Assembly (NCBI GenBank): GCA_965140415.1
Contig: OZ223209.1
Location: forward strand, 1 to 64,000
Length of the DNA stretch: 64,000 nt
Reading direction: 5' to 3'
Source of the DNA: Myxococcota bacterium
Lineage (GTDB): Bacteria; Myxococcota_A; SURF-8
Numbering within the stretch: the stretch's first letter is position 1; every line of letters begins with the position of its first letter. The translations under genes were made by a program, and so were the position numbers. Shown in pieces: positions 29,599 through 39,232 of this stretch. The notes under the pieces were generated by a model. The model did no database searches, was not told the origin of the DNA, and saw nothing but the letters and a program-made list of their open reading frames with translations.

Positions 29599-32500
29599 TT
29601 ACGGCCCACCCCGAACGCAGCGGACACCACTGTAGGTTGTTTTGTTCATGTAGGCCACATCACCAGAATTAAAATAAATAAACCATCCATACAATGAGTA
29701 AGAGGAAGACGACCAGAAGTTCGATATGGAAGCTACTCCCAGTTCGTCTGGCCAATACCAGTTACCGCCAGCAGAGCAAGAATCCGGCATACAGGCATTG
29801 TCCTCATGACAGGACAGTTCGAGACATACATCCTCCGAACTTACACCACATAAAGAACACTCATCAAATACACCACATGCACCAGAATTTTCTATTGGAG
29901 GGCAATTACGGATAAGTGATCTCAATTCACTGATGTTCGGTAACTTCCAACCGTTACCATCCAGCGAAAGACTTTCACAGTGACTGACCGCACTGGTCCA
30001 ATCCATTGTTCCACCTGTCGGTGTTTGCTGCCATTCGAAACAGGTGGTGGGATCCTTGCAAATGCCATCGCTGCAAGTGAAGGTATCAATGCAATGCGGA
30101 TAGCAGGATTTCCCCTCCGCGCAGCGATTGCACCAGTATCCGTCGAACTCCGGGTCGCACTCGCAACTGGGGCGGGTTTCGCCTTCACCGGGTTCGGAGC
30201 AGGTGCCGTGGCCGTTGCAGGGGTCGGGGTCGCAACTCGGAACAGGCAGTGTGCGGACCAGGCGGAAGCCACAATGACCATAACGTTCATCTGGAGAGCC
30301 TCCACGTCGGCTAGCAGATCTACAATCTTGTGCATCGAAGTACCATGAACCTCCTCGTTTGGCACGAATAGAAAGACTGGTTGGACCTATGGGATCGGTT
30401 TCGTTGTCTATTTCATAATCATGAAAATAGCAATTCCAAGTCCATTCCCATACATTGCCACTCATATCGAATAAGTTCCATGCGTTTGGTTCTTTCAATC
30501 CTACTGGATGAGTAGTAAGTCCATCTCCGAGATCAGAGTTAACTGAGTACCAAGCGATTTGATCCATGTTTGAGTCGGAGTATCCACTAGATATCGAACC
30601 ATCGTTGCCATCACTTTGATAAATTGGTGTATATTGGTCTCCAGTTCTAATGGAATATTCCCACTCTGCTTCTGTTGGCAATCTATAGCCTTCGCACTCC
30701 TGCGGAATTGTTGCGCCTCCACTAAGGGTCACAACAGCATCATCTATTCCCCCATTTGTTGAATCGCTATCGAAGCAGTTCATATAATCGGAGCCCACCG
30801 TTCCTCCACTTTCGCAATCAACACTCGCAAACTCAAAGCAAGCAGACAACCCCTGGCTAATAGACAGTTGATTGGCAAATGCCAAGGCATCATACCAGGA
30901 GGTCTGCTCAACGGGGCAGGAACCTCCATCAACACCATCGCAGGTGGTAAATCTGCTTGGGTTTGTTGTCATCAGCTCGACAAATTCGGCTTGAGTAGTT
31001 TCATATTGTTGAATTTCGAAATCATACGTTAAATTGACTTTGTGCAGCTCTTCATTCGCTCCCCATGGTTCTCTTGCAATTTCCGCCGTGCAATCACCCG
31101 GATAGCCATCCGGTCCCGGGCAGCCATCGGGCGAGCCCATCCAGAAGGTACCTGCATCAATCGACACGAAACCCGGTGTGTGGGCCAGATAGCAATCCGG
31201 GTAGCCGTCGTAGTTTGACGCGCAACGTTCGCAGGTTTCGCCGCCAAAGCCCGTTTCGCAATTACACACACCCGTACCGCTCGACCAATCGCAGGTACCG
31301 TGGTTGGAGCAGGCGTTCGGGTCGCTTAGAGAGCATACCGGCGGGAGGTTTATGCGGAGGAGGAAAATGTCGAGATCACCATTTGATGTTTGTTCATCTG
31401 TTCTCGACCCAGAGTTAAAATCAACCGTATTGGAAAATCCTCCAGCAAATCCCAAGCCGCCATTGGCTAGGGGGGCGACTCCTTTGACTGATGAACTCTC
31501 AACCACGTAGCTTGAACGATAGCTTCCATCATTTTCGAAAATGCTAATGAAAAGACCTGAACCAGAATCATTTGTGTGCTCATCAACTCCTGTTCCTGGA
31601 TCAAAATCAACTGTCCCCATAAATGCACCTGTTAAAGCCAGACTACCATCCTGCATTTGGACAACATCAACACCTTGGTCATGATTTCCTCCCCCAAAAG
31701 TATTTGTCCAAACGTGAATTCCATTAGGATCAAACACTGAAACAAATACATCTAAGGTGCCGTTTGACGTGTGTTCTTCAACTTCGGGGCCTGGATTGAA
31801 ATCCACGGTTTGATTAAAAATCCCGGTGAGCGCTAGACCTCCGCCGTTTAAGCTAGTGATAGAATTGCCTTCATCAGTGTATGTCCCACCAAATGACTGA
31901 CCCCAACGATAGCTTCCATCAGTGTTAAAAACACTAACGAATATATCTTTCTCACCGTTTGAAGTATGTTCATCTGTTTCTGTACCTGGATTAAAGTCAA
32001 CAGTATCCTGAAAAAATCCTGTAAGCGCGATAGAGCCATCCGTCAACTCTACAACACTGTGACCGTAATCTGCCGATTCCCCCCCGAATGTTCTGCTCCA
32101 TCTATGGTCTCCGTTGGCATCAAAGACACTTACAAAAACATCACTTTCGCCGCTTGATGAATGATTTTCTGTACCTGAGCCAGGATCGAAATCGACTGTA
32201 TATTGAAAATGGCCAACCACTGCTAGTCCACCATCTGAGAGTTGTGTAATACCTTTGCCATAGTCATCAGATGTACCCCCAAAAACTCGGCTCCACCTAT
32301 ATTCGCCAGTATTTGAAAACACAGTAACAAATACATCACTGGATGTACCACTTGCAGTATATTCATCCTCAGCTTCGCTCGGATCAAAATCGACTGTTCT
32401 CTGAAAATGTCCAGTTACAGCAAAGCCACCATCTACCAATTGTGTGATTGCCCACCCATCATCGCCCATTGTCCCTCCGAACGTCTTGCCCCAAATATAG

Positions 32501-35500
32501 TTCCCGCTCGAATCGAAAATGCTTAGAAACACATCTTGAGAACCGTTAGATGTGTGGTTGTCCTCTTCGTCACTAGGATCGAAGTCAACCGTATCATGGA
32601 TATAACCTGCCAAGGCCATACCACCATCGGCAAGTTGGACAATCCCTCCAAGAGCTAGGTCCACACCAGTACCCCCAAACGTTACTGCCCAACCAGCATC
32701 ATAGCATCCATAAATTGCATCACAGGCGTCGTGGGTTTTGGGATTATTGTCTAAGTCACAGTACAGATCATCAGGCTCGCCCGCTGTGCAGATGCCATTC
32801 TGACATTCATCCAGTGTGCAATCCACCCCATCAAACTCGCAGCCTTCACCATTCTCGATGTGATTATCCAAGCACACACCCGCGCCATTGCAGGTATCCG
32901 GTGCGGTGCAGGTTGTGGTTTCCGTGCTGCCGCAGGCCGTGCCTGCCGGGTCGAAGCAGGAATCGACATCCTCCTGGCAGGTGTTGCACTCGGTTTCCGG
33001 GCAGGGGTTGCCATCGTGAATGCATTCACCCGAACCGTTGCAGGTATCGTCGCCGTTGCAGAACAGGCTGTCGTCGCAGTCGTAACCGAAGCTGCGCCAG
33101 GTCCAGATGTCGGTAGCGACGCCCGTGTCGCAGTAGTGGCAGCGGTTGTCGGACTGCTCCTGGTTGTGCTGATAACAGGTCTCGTCGATCAGGCAGCGTC
33201 CCTGCTTCAAGGTGTGGTTGCATTGCCCGTTCGTCGCACAAAGATCGTCGGTGCAGGAGAGGGTGTCGTCCGTGCAGATCTCGCTTTCATGCGCGGCTAG
33301 ATTGTGCTTGCACGTGCGATCCGTATCGCAGAAGGGCTCCGAGCATTCCAAGCCATCGTCGGCCAGATCCGAACACCCCGCCGCCGTGGTGCAGTCTTTA
33401 CAATACCCACTGCCATCGCACTGGTCCGAATCGTCTCCCGTGCCGCCAACCTGACAGGCAGTGTTGGCCGCATAGTTATTGAACGAGCAGACGCCGTTCT
33501 GACACTGCATTTCCGTGCATTCGCCATCGCGGCCATTCCAGGACATGTCGCCGCAGCCATTGACGTTCACACAGTCTTTGCAATATCCGCTGCCGTCGCA
33601 TTGATCGGAATCGTCGCCGCTGCCGTCCGATTGACACAGGGTGTTCGCGGCATCGTTACTGAACGAGCAGGTGTTGTTCTGGCATTGCATCTGCGCGCAT
33701 TCATCATCGCGTTCGCCCCAGTCCAGATCCGAACAGCCACCCACATCGTAGCAATCCTCGCAGGTGCCGGAAACGCACTGGTCATCCGTGCCACAGGCCG
33801 TGCCGTCGGTCATGGGCGTCCAGGAGGTGTCGTTGTAGAAAAGATCGCATTTCTGACAGGAGTTAGTCGGATCGGTATGCAGATTCTGATAGCACTCTCC
33901 TCCGATGTAACACCAACCGCCAGCGGTGTCCGCGCTCCATTCGTCGTCCGCACCCGAACCGTAGGGATTGCAGACCAGGCAGTCTTTCGGTCCCCGCGCC
34001 CCGGTGGCGTAGCAGGTACCGTCGATGTAGCAGTCGCAGATTTCCGGGTCGGCATCGCCGTCGGGTATGTCCACATCGCCATCGGGATTTTCGAGATAGG
34101 CGGCATCCCATTGCAGCGGATCGTTGATGATGCCACAGTCGATCACCTGAGCGCCAGCCGGGTTTCTAAGTGGCGACCAGCAATATTCCTGAAGAAGGGC
34201 CAGGTCTTCGTAACGGAATGCGGAGTCGCTGTCGTCCGGTCGGTAGTCGTATTGCCCATCGGGCACGGACTCGTCCCACAAATCGTAGTAGGGCCAGTCT
34301 TTGAACTGCTGGACCGCTGCCAGATAATACTGGTAAATGAGAGCGGCTTCGCTCGATTTGAGCGGCAGTCCCTCCGAGGCCGCCTGCAAAATGTAGTGAG
34401 CCAGATCGCGGTCCCATTTGTCGCCATAGGCCAGTCGTTCATCGTCGTCCGCCATGTAACGGTCGATGCGCATCCCCAGCCCTTCAAGCAATGTTTCCGC
34501 CGTGCTGTCACGATGGCGAAGCAGGGAGCCGCCCAGGGCAGCCGTATGCCAGTTGCGAACGATTGCATAATTGTAATAATGAACAGCGGTGGCCGTGGTT
34601 TCGTAACTGTTGTTGTCGTATAAACCACAGTTGTTGCTCAGAGGCGCAGCATAGCCGATCAGGGCGGCTGAAAGCTTGGCCCCGCACTCGGCATTGGGAA
34701 AAAGGTCTTCCCAGTCGACAAAGCTGGCGATATCGCCCACAGACTGATCCGCCTCGGTATCACCCGTGTGACCGGGAATGAAGGGATTGCCGTTTTCGTC
34801 TTTACTGCGGATGTAGTAGCCACTGTCCACGATATCGCGGGTGAAGCCCTGTAGATATTGCCAGGCTTCGGCGGCGGCGGCTTTGACGTCTGCGTCGGGT
34901 GCGTATTCGGCGGCGTAACGGATGAACGGAGCGGCGCGGAAGATATGGGCAGCATTATCCTTGGACTGCATATTGGTTACCCATACCGATCCCCAACTCG
35001 GGTTATTCGCATAATTGAAACGGCTCGCATTCCATAGTGAGGATGAGTAGTACCAGGCGCTGAAGTCCACGGCTTTATTCCGGCCATCAACCGTGAAGGA
35101 ATGGTTCTCACCCACAATATTGCGCGCCATTAAATAGTCCTGCTGGTCGTACTCGTCATACATCATGCCCAGCATGGCCGCGGTGATTCCCTTGCAGTAC
35201 TGTTTCACAATCTCACCGGCATCGCTGTCGCCTGTCGAAAGGTAGGCACCGATAGCCTGAGACAGCACTTTCGATGTTCTAATGAAGATGTTGTGACCGC
35301 CACCCGTGCCGTCGTTGTGCTTGAATGTGACTGTGTCCCCCGATTTGATGGCTTCCACGTCGCTCCACCAGACCATCCAGTCCCGCTTGCCCGTGGAGGC
35401 GTCGTTGCCGTGGCTCGTGCGGCGGACATGTTGCCAGTAATCGATTTTCTGCCAGAGTCCCGTAATGCTGCGGCTCAGGTGTTCGATTTGCTCCTCCGAA

Positions 35501-37296
35501 AGAGGCGTCCCCTCATCCTCGCGTGTAAATTCAAAAGGCAGGGCCTCCGGTAGATCCTCTGACATTTCGAATTCAAAATCGCCATCAGGCATATCCACAT
35601 CGCCATCGGTAACCACGCAGGGAAGCGAGTTGAAATCGAATGCGCCGTTACTGCGAGTGACTTGCCAAGTCAATAGATCGCCTTCCTCGTCCATCTCGTC
35701 CTGAAGCAGGCAGGTCGAGCCTTGCCTGTCATCGGTTTTGGAAAGCAGAACATTCACCAGAGTATTGCTCTGATTCAAGCAGACGCCCTGGGTTATCTCT
35801 TGCGCGCAATCTTCATCGAAGCGGGCGGTAAGCGTGTAGGTGCCGTCGCAGGGATCGATGTGGCTAATGCGTTCCCGCAGGCCGTTTGCGGCGCTGTCCG
35901 TGTTTTCAAGAACGAAGGCCGAACCGCAGCTTGAGAATATACATTCGTGAGACGCATTCATGCTTTGATCGTCGCAGAGCGTGCCATTGGGAACTTGCCA
36001 GCCGAGTTGCACGTTCATCTCGCCTTCGCCGGTAAAGGTCATTTCGATGTCGATTTGGTCCTCATTGCCGTAGTTCACAAGCACCCGTTTCGAAAAGGAA
36101 CTCAAGCCGCGGCTGTCGGTGACGACCAGTTCCACAACGTATTGACCCACAATATCCACTTCAAATGTCACGATTCCACTTTGCTCGTTTGGAGACAGAG
36201 TTGCGTTGGATAACGCTGGCTTCGTGAGACTCCATTGATATTCCAGGGGGTAATCGCCATCAGGGTCGTAGCTGATCGTTCCATACAGCGTAAGGCGCTT
36301 CTGGGCGCTTGTTGCGGTGGAAGGAATTGTAATGGGAGCGGTAATGTCCGCACCATTGTCGGAGAGCGCGACCAAGGCGACGGGGAGCATGTTTTCACTG
36401 TCGCCGTCGATGTCACCATCGGAGGTATCCTGATCGGTGTCCGTCTGTTCCTGATCCGTATCCGTCTGTTCCACATCTCCGTCCGACTGTTCTTCGTCAC
36501 CATCGGGAAACACGCACTCGCCCTTGTTGAAGGTGAAGGTCGCTTCGAGCGTGCCGGTAGACTGAAGCACAAGATCGTAGCCGTTCTGATTCGTCGTTAA
36601 ATACAGATCCCAAAGCGCGTCATCCAAGATTTGGGTGCTGTCATGTACACAGCCTGAGATCTCGCCGCTGGTGGTCGCAACAAGCGGTAATCCGCTGATC
36701 GAGTAGTTGTACTTGCAGTCATTGGGCGTGCCGTCCTCGATCTGGATTACGATTCCGTAGAAAGAATTCTGTTCGGTCGGGTCCATGCAGTAGGTACCGA
36801 CGAAATCCGGGCAGTCGCAGGGATCGATTTCATGATCCGTTTCGATTTCGTCCGTATCGCCATCCGGAAGGTCAGAGTCGTGATCACCATCCGGTGTGTC
36901 GCCGTCAGACGTATCACCATCAGGTGTATCGCCATCAGGTGTATCGCCGTCGGGAGAATCGGAGTCACGGTCACCATCGGGAGTATCACCATCGAACGTG
37001 TCTCCGTCTGGAGTATCGCCATCGGCAAAATCAAGATCGAAATCGAGGTCGAAATCGCCATCGGGAGTGTCGCCGTCTGGTGTATCTCCATCCGGATTTT
37101 CGGAGTCTGCAAGATCCGAATCACTCGGATTGCTAACGCAAAGTCCCTCCACGCAGTGCAGGCCGTCGTCACAACTCAGATCGGCATAGCACTTTTCGCC
37201 CGCGCCGCCGTAGTTTTCATAACCACTACACGCGCAGAGCAGGCAAACCAGCCCGAGTAATCCCGCTATTCCGAAACGTCGCCAATATGATTTCAT
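29599..37296 (-). CDS. 2565-aa modular surface lipoprotein: DGD linkers, PKD/REJ-like, unknown ~480-aa domain, Cys-rich repeats, VDFDP beta-propeller, EGF, FGE-sulfatase (SUMF1)-like, EGF, DUF1566/Lcl C-terminal
   Basis: Lipobox LCAC; SYDPDGD..YQWS; seven VDF(D/N)P-type repeats; RLPTEAEWEY, DMSGNVWEW, RGGSW, GFRLVR; WKLPNISELRSL, FWSSS, VRCVR. Confidence 0.88.
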   Translation of the reverse strand: MKSYWRRFGIAGLLGLVCLLCACSGYENYGGAGEKCYADLSCDDGLHCVEGLCVSNPSDSDLADSENPDGDTPDGDTPDGDFDLDFDLDFADGDTPDGDTFDGDTPDGDRDSDSPDGDTPDGDTPDGDTSDGDTPDGDHDSDLPDGDTDEIETDHEIDPCDCPDFVGTYCMDPTEQNSFYGIVIQIEDGTPNDCKYNYSISGLPLVATTSGEISGCVHDSTQILDDALWDLYLTTNQNGYDLVLQSTGTLEATFTFNKGECVFPDGDEEQSDGDVEQTDTDQEQTDTDQDTSDGDIDGDSENMLPVALVALSDNGADITAPITIPSTATSAQKRLTLYGTISYDPDGDYPLEYQWSLTKPALSNATLSPNEQSGIVTFEVDIVGQYVVELVVTDSRGLSSFSKRVLVNYGNEDQIDIEMTFTGEGEMNVQLGWQVPNGTLCDDQSMNASHECIFSSCGSAFVLENTDSAANGLRERISHIDPCDGTYTLTARFDEDCAQEITQGVCLNQSNTLVNVLLSKTDDRQGSTCLLQDEMDEEGDLLTWQVTRSNGAFDFNSLPCVVTDGDVDMPDGDFEFEMSEDLPEALPFEFTREDEGTPLSEEQIEHLSRSITGLWQKIDYWQHVRRTSHGNDASTGKRDWMVWWSDVEAIKSGDTVTFKHNDGTGGGHNIFIRTSKVLSQAIGAYLSTGDSDAGEIVKQYCKGITAAMLGMMYDEYDQQDYLMARNIVGENHSFTVDGRNKAVDFSAWYYSSSLWNASRFNYANNPSWGSVWVTNMQSKDNAAHIFRAAPFIRYAAEYAPDADVKAAAAEAWQYLQGFTRDIVDSGYYIRSKDENGNPFIPGHTGDTEADQSVGDIASFVDWEDLFPNAECGAKLSAALIGYAAPLSNNCGLYDNNSYETTATAVHYYNYAIVRNWHTAALGGSLLRHRDSTAETLLEGLGMRIDRYMADDDERLAYGDKWDRDLAHYILQAASEGLPLKSSEAALIYQYYLAAVQQFKDWPYYDLWDESVPDGQYDYRPDDSDSAFRYEDLALLQEYCWSPLRNPAGAQVIDCGIINDPLQWDAAYLENPDGDVDIPDGDADPEICDCYIDGTCYATGARGPKDCLVCNPYGSGADDEWSADTAGGWCYIGGECYQNLHTDPTNSCQKCDLFYNDTSWTPMTDGTACGTDDQCVSGTCEDCYDVGGCSDLDWGERDDECAQMQCQNNTCSFSNDAANTLCQSDGSGDDSDQCDGSGYCKDCVNVNGCGDMSWNGRDGECTEMQCQNGVCSFNNYAANTACQVGGTGDDSDQCDGSGYCKDCTTAAGCSDLADDGLECSEPFCDTDRTCKHNLAAHESEICTDDTLSCTDDLCATNGQCNHTLKQGRCLIDETCYQHNQEQSDNRCHYCDTGVATDIWTWRSFGYDCDDSLFCNGDDTCNGSGECIHDGNPCPETECNTCQEDVDSCFDPAGTACGSTETTTCTAPDTCNGAGVCLDNHIENGEGCEFDGVDCTLDECQNGICTAGEPDDLYCDLDNNPKTHDACDAIYGCYDAGWAVTFGGTGVDLALGGIVQLADGGMALAGYIHDTVDFDPSDEEDNHTSNGSQDVFLSIFDSSGNYIWGKTFGGTMGDDGWAITQLVDGGFAVTGHFQRTVDFDPSEAEDEYTASGTSSDVFVTVFSNTGEYRWSRVFGGTSDDYGKGITQLSDGGLAVVGHFQYTVDFDPGSGTENHSSSGESDVFVSVFDANGDHRWSRTFGGESADYGHSVVELTDGSIALTGFFQDTVDFNPGTETDEHTSNGEKDIFVSVFNTDGSYRWGQSFGGTYTDEGNSITSLNGGGLALTGIFNQTVDFNPGPEVEEHTSNGTLDVFVSVFDPNGIHVWTNTFGGGNHDQGVDVVQMQDGSLALTGAFMGTVDFDPGTGVDEHTNDSGSGLFISIFENDGSYRSSYVVESSSVKGVAPLANGGLGFAGGFSNTVDFNSGSRTDEQTSNGDLDIFLLRINLPPVCSLSDPNACSNHGTCDWSSGTGVCNCETGFGGETCERCASNYDGYPDCYLAHTPGFVSIDAGTFWMGSPDGCPGPDGYPGDCTAEIAREPWGANEELHKVNLTYDFEIQQYETTQAEFVELMTTNPSRFTTCDGVDGGSCPVEQTSWYDALAFANQLSISQGLSACFEFASVDCESGGTVGSDYMNCFDSDSTNGGIDDAVVTLSGGATIPQECEGYRLPTEAEWEYSIRTGDQYTPIYQSDGNDGSISSGYSDSNMDQIAWYSVNSDLGDGLTTHPVGLKEPNAWNLFDMSGNVWEWTWNCYFHDYEIDNETDPIGPTSLSIRAKRGGSWYFDAQDCRSASRRGGSPDERYGHCGFRLVRTLPVPSCDPDPCNGHGTCSEPGEGETRPSCECDPEFDGYWCNRCAEGKSCYPHCIDTFTCSDGICKDPTTCFEWQQTPTGGTMDWTSAVSHCESLSLDGNGWKLPNISELRSLIRNCPPIENSGACGVFDECSLCGVSSEDVCLELSCHEDNACMPDSCSAGGNWYWPDELGVASISNFWSSSSYSLYGWFIYFNSGDVAYMNKTTYSGVRCVRGGP
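31370..32700 (-). repeat. About seven ~63-aa beta-propeller repeats (FGG...G.F..TVDFDP) in AT-rich DNA
   Basis: Recurring TVDF(D/N)P and S.G..DVFVS motifs in the translation. Confidence 0.75.
33360..33730 (-). repeat. 180-bp (60-aa) tandem duplication of a Cys-rich module
   Basis: GAACGAGCAG at 33481 and 33661; DDSDQCDGSGYCKDC occurs twice. Confidence 0.8.
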
Positions 37297-37355
37297 CGTT
37301 CGTTCACTCCGATCCCGACGTGTTTTCTCTTGTAAATTTTATCTGTTGCTTTGTG

Positions 37356-38261
37356 CTACCATTGCCATTGCAGGCTGGCATTGACACCCTGTTTCGTTGG
37401 CATCACTCCCAGCGACACCGGCGAGGATTCCTGGCGGTCGCCGACGGCATCCGCGATCCACAACGCGATGCCGGTGATCATCGCCGCGCCGCCGATGGCA
37501 TAGCCCGCAATCGCCACACCCTGCCAGCTATCGTGCCGCGATTCATCATCGGAACTATCCAGCTTGTTAAAGCGCGCCTCGTTGACATCGTCTGTAGCGG
37601 CTTGCGTCTGCCAGCTTCCGATGCCACCCAGCACGACGAAAGCCAGACCGGGAAAGAAGGTTCCGAAAGCGGCTTTGTTCAAGGTGCTCATGCCGGATTG
37701 CGATTTCTGCTGCACGATCGGCTCGGCTTGTGTAAGTGCGGGCTCCGGCTCCGGCGCAACTTTTCCGAATAGCTCCGCCACCGCACCCGGAATGGCTTCT
37801 ACCAGGGCGTTGATGTCTCCCTTGATCTGTTTGCCTACACGGCCAACGACATTGGCGTTTCGCACGTTGATGCGGCGTAGGTTGAGCATCCAATAGTCGC
37901 CCAGGCGACCCAGATCGCCGGAGATAGCCTCCGGCACACCCAGGGCGGAACCGATTTCGGCGATGCAACTGGTGCCGTCCACGCCGCACTGCTGCCTTTT
38001 CTCTTCGCCTTTCAGAATGGTGTGGATATCCGCTTCCGAAACGGCTTTCAAACCGGAATACTGTTCCGCTTCGGCGGTGATGAATCCGCTGATGGAATCG
38101 ATATTTTTTTCACTGACGCCCTCTTTGGCTTCCAATCGCCAGACCACGATTCCCTGGCGGGGGGAATCTGCTAGGGCCAATTGAGGAGCCACCAGTGACC
38201 ATCCAAGACATATGCCCAGGCAAACCACGATCCATCTGTACGAAAGCCAGCCGTTTTTCAT
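37356..38261 (-). CDS. Secreted protein with CsgG/TolB-N-like domain and C-terminal hydrophobic segments, upstream of the giant lipoprotein gene
   Basis: Signal peptide, SCIAEIGSALG..ISGDLGRLG motif, two Gly-rich hydrophobic segments, terminal beta-strand ASLQWQW. Confidence 0.7.
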   Translation of the reverse strand: MKNGWLSYRWIVVCLGICLGWSLVAPQLALADSPRQGIVVWRLEAKEGVSEKNIDSISGFITAEAEQYSGLKAVSEADIHTILKGEEKRQQCGVDGTSCIAEIGSALGVPEAISGDLGRLGDYWMLNLRRINVRNANVVGRVGKQIKGDINALVEAIPGAVAELFGKVAPEPEPALTQAEPIVQQKSQSGMSTLNKAAFGTFFPGLAFVVLGGIGSWQTQAATDDVNEARFNKLDSSDDESRHDSWQGVAIAGYAIGGAAMITGIALWIADAVGDRQESSPVSLGVMPTKQGVNASLQWQW

Positions 38262-38393
38262 CCGCTTTACCCCGTTAGAGCTTGTATTTGTCGTTTTGAA
38301 CGCTCTTGTTGTGGACGCTAGCTTACCTCAGCAGGCCATGGCGAGCAAGCGCTTTCGAGAGCTTACACATGAGTAAAATAGAGATTGGATAAC

Positions 38394-38428
38394 AAAAAAC
38401 GGGCGACGTTATTAAAAACGCCGCCCGT
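38394..38428 (-). terminator. Intrinsic terminator of the small DGD lipoprotein gene
   Basis: ACGGGCGGCGTT/AACGTCGCCCGT stem followed by a T-tract on the minus strand. Confidence 0.75.
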
Positions 38429-38457
38429 GCCGTCATGACAGGATTTTCACTGGGAAA

Positions 38458-38952
38458 TCAGCAGTCCGGGTCGATACCTGCCGGGCAGGAATCGTCGCAG
38501 TAACCGTCATCCACACAGGAATCGAATTCACAGGCGTAAATGTCATCCATCATCGGCGTGTCGCTCGCGCAGCAGCAGTCGGGATCGTCCACGCAGGGAT
38601 AATATTCGTCCGTACCGACGGTAACGGCGTTTTCACAAACGCCGACCTTGGTGTCACAATCCGCTTTCATTTTGCCACCGAAACCGGTGCTGCCGTCGAA
38701 ATTAGGATCGCAGGTGACCGCGTCACCTTCGTCGCCATCTGTCGTCATGTCACCATCGGTGGTCGTATCGCCATCGGTCGTCATATCGCCATCTGCGGTA
38801 TCGCCGTCGGTGGTCATGTCGCCATCTGCCGTGTCGCCGTCAGCGGTGTCGCCGTCGGTGGTCGTGTCGTCATCATCGTCGCCACAACCAAGCAGCAGAA
38901 ATGCGTTCAACGCAAACAACACGCAAATCAGTAAAAACAAGGACTTTTTCAT
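38458..38952 (-). CDS. Small lipoprotein with DGD repeats and Cys-rich C-terminal domain
   Basis: GGAGGAG RBS, MKKSLF signal, lipobox LLGC, eight DGD units, Cys-rich tail including CCC. Confidence 0.82.
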   Translation of the reverse strand: MKKSLFLLICVLFALNAFLLLGCGDDDDDTTTDGDTADGDTADGDMTTDGDTADGDMTTDGDTTTDGDMTTDGDEGDAVTCDPNFDGSTGFGGKMKADCDTKVGVCENAVTVGTDEYYPCVDDPDCCCASDTPMMDDIYACEFDSCVDDGYCDDSCPAGIDPDC

Positions 38953-39054
38953 CTGTTTCTCCTCCCTGAAGGTTTTCAATCGGACCGGGTGTGATTGTCG
39001 ATGCACCCATGCCACCGGATAAATTGGAAAATTCTGTTTCACAATGTTCTACTC

Positions 39055-39087
39055 ATTATACTATATTGACTGTCAGTTCGTCAATAT
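39055..39087 (-). promoter_or_regulatory. Sigma70-type promoter overlapped by a perfect inverted repeat (candidate operator)
   Basis: TTGACG-N18-TATAAT on the minus strand; ATATTGAC-N9-GTCAATAT at 39063-39087. Confidence 0.55.
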
Positions 39088-39232
39088 CGGAGGAAATCTC
39101 GGGAAATCTTTAGGGGTCTCTTTCTTTCATCCTGACCGGGAGAGAGGTATACTGTAACGATTGAACGGGATTCCCGATTTCTGTTGAATGGTATCGAAAA
39201 ACGAGGATGCTTTCCCTCTAAAGAGTACGACC

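Noticed and set aside
29599-37296. Complete DGR within the window
   Set aside because: No reverse transcriptase, Avd or template repeat seen in 64 kb.
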